A stretch of 64,000 nucleotides of DNA from a virus. The position numbers and the translations under genes are program-made. Under the pieces are notes generated by a model. It did no database searches. It was not told the origin of the DNA and saw only the letters and a list, made by a program, of their open reading frames with translations. Positions 62,874 through 64,000 of the stretch are shown here, in pieces (the first letter of the stretch is position 1; each line of letters begins with the position of its first letter). The stretch is taken from the IMG/VR virus record IMGVR_UViG_3300041964_000014, positions 47,189 to 111,188 of that record. One strand, given 5' to 3'.

Positions 62874-63802
62874 ATGTCTAATCCTATTGTGGTTAATCTG
62901 ATCGTTGTAGATGAGATTGAATTTTACGTATCTAGCGATGGGAGCTATACGGGAATGAGCCAAGACGGCTTATCCCGATTATGTGGAGTTAATTTAAAAA
63001 CCATTCAAGACCTACTACCTAAAATAGGGGTCACGGGTTATGGGGGTTCTGAAACCCTGGAAGCCTTGCCCCGTAAGGATCAATGGTCAGAGGTTGAGGC
63101 TCCAAATAATGCTGAGGTTATTCCTGCTGAAGTTTGTGCGGCTATCATAAAATACTATGCTTTTGAATCAAAAGTAGCTAATGACACAGCTAAATACGCA
63201 TTCCGTAAATTTGTAAGAAGGGTATAGATACTTGGATTAAAGAACTTACAGGATACGCGGAGCAGAATCGAAACGACCAGATACTAGCCTGCTTACATCA
63301 GGTAGTGGGTGACATTGCTGAACTAAAAGAAACTAGTAAAGCATATCATAACTTAAAAGGAACTACCACTAAGGTATTCCCTAATTTTAATAAGATGCTG
63401 GAAGATTTGGAAGTAGAAGACGAATTAGCAGAATTAGAGCCAGATACTAAGGAAATGACAGCTACTGAGTGGCTTAAATCTAAAGGTATTACATTTAATA
63501 TGCCCCAAAAACGCCGCTTTGCTTTACTGTTGTCCGAAACATATAAAACTACCGTAGGTAGCGACGCTAAGAAGGTTAACCGTAAATCTAAAGACGGTAA
63601 GAAAAACAATGGTGTTAGTGTTTACCATTGGACAGAGTTTCCAATTCTTCAGCTGTGTTTGAATAAGATGTTGTTCGAGGATAACGTAGCTTTAGTATTT
63701 CGGACTATGGGTATGGTTGACTATTATCTGTCTCCATACCTTCTTCTACAGCAGCTTCTTCAGCATAGCTTCTGGCGCAGGCGGAGTATTCAGTGCTTGT
63801 AG
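62874..63802 (+). CDS. Antirepressor-type DNA-binding protein, apparently frameshifted near 63220
   Basis: IEFYVS.DG..TGMSQ.GLSRLCGV...IIKYYAFES; the downstream frame continues to a TATEWLKSKG...Y C-terminal domain. The exact 3' end is uncertain. Confidence 0.55.
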
Positions 63803-64000
63803 TTGTGCTTGTAATTGAGCTTGAAACTGCTGCTCATCTGATTTGAATCGGGGCTATCCTCACACTTGTCTGAGGGAGTTAATAGCATCATTATCTCCTT
63901 GGGGAAATAAGTCCCATACTCATTGCCTGCATCAAGGTATTGTAAGTAGATTCTGTGTTTGTGGTCTTGACGAGCTTCTACCTTGAATTCCCCATACTCG

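Larger units (their letters stand above)
2303..63705. repeat. Dispersed non-palindromic motif, consensus GTCCGAAAYAATAAG (about 55 copies of the GTCCGAAA core)
   Basis: + strand starts include 3958, 6953, 7826, 11985, 16537, 19396, 23659, 26907, 29225, 31076, 33113, 39227, 40079, 47006, 52572, 56612, 59392, 61377, 63532. Reverse copies (TTTCGGAC) end at 2315, 7592, 13207, 16907, 18538, 25430, 31154, 31948, 38937, 41935, 42769, 47312, 51029, 58697, 63705 and others. Confidence 0.95.

Noticed and set aside
3576-63609. Numerous short minus-strand ORFs in the track (e.g. 4162..4632, 12396..12914, 29102..29512, 33037..33399)
   Set aside because: They are antisense shadows of well-supported + strand genes, with no recognisable motifs.
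1-64000. tRNA or rRNA genes
   Set aside because: No cloverleaf with T-loop GTTCRA and matching acceptor stem was seen in the intergenic gaps; tRNAscan-SE would be needed to exclude them fully.
63720-64000. 3' end of a convergent minus-strand gene at the window edge
   Set aside because: Plausible from composition (Q/A/E-rich on the minus strand), but too short and the frame too uncertain to call.

Overview
64 kb segment of a large, AT-rich dsDNA tailed-phage genome. The host is probably a cyanobacterium (NblA-like, ClpS and C39-peptidase genes; inference). The left end has minus-strand packaging genes (terminase large subunit, truncated by the window, and a probable small subunit). From about 3.1 kb almost everything is on the + strand: many small early-type ORFs, orphan antitoxins and UvsE; a complete ubiquitin-like conjugation cassette (two Ubls ending GTAG, a JAB/JAMM peptidase, an E2-like protein and a ThiF/E1); a replication/recombination module (Sak4-like ATPase, SSB, exonuclease, primase, helicase, PolA); nucleotide metabolism (intein-containing class II RNR, PduO-like protein, MazG, CYTH, Nudix, thyA split by a td-site group I intron, DHFR); RuvC, macrodomain, ClpS and RNA ligase; and about nine antirepressor-type DNA-binding genes. 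Two things stand out. (1) A non-palindromic motif, GTCCGAAAYAATAAG, occurs about 55 times by eye on both strands, inside coding sequences and as ten short intergenic inverted pairs, a pattern like bacterial DNA-uptake sequences. (2) The phage carries its own Ubl/JAB/E2/E1 system. Several frameshifts (AAA ATPase, PolA, RNR, last antirepressor) look like indel sequencing errors. All family calls come from motif recognition by eye; no database searches were run.
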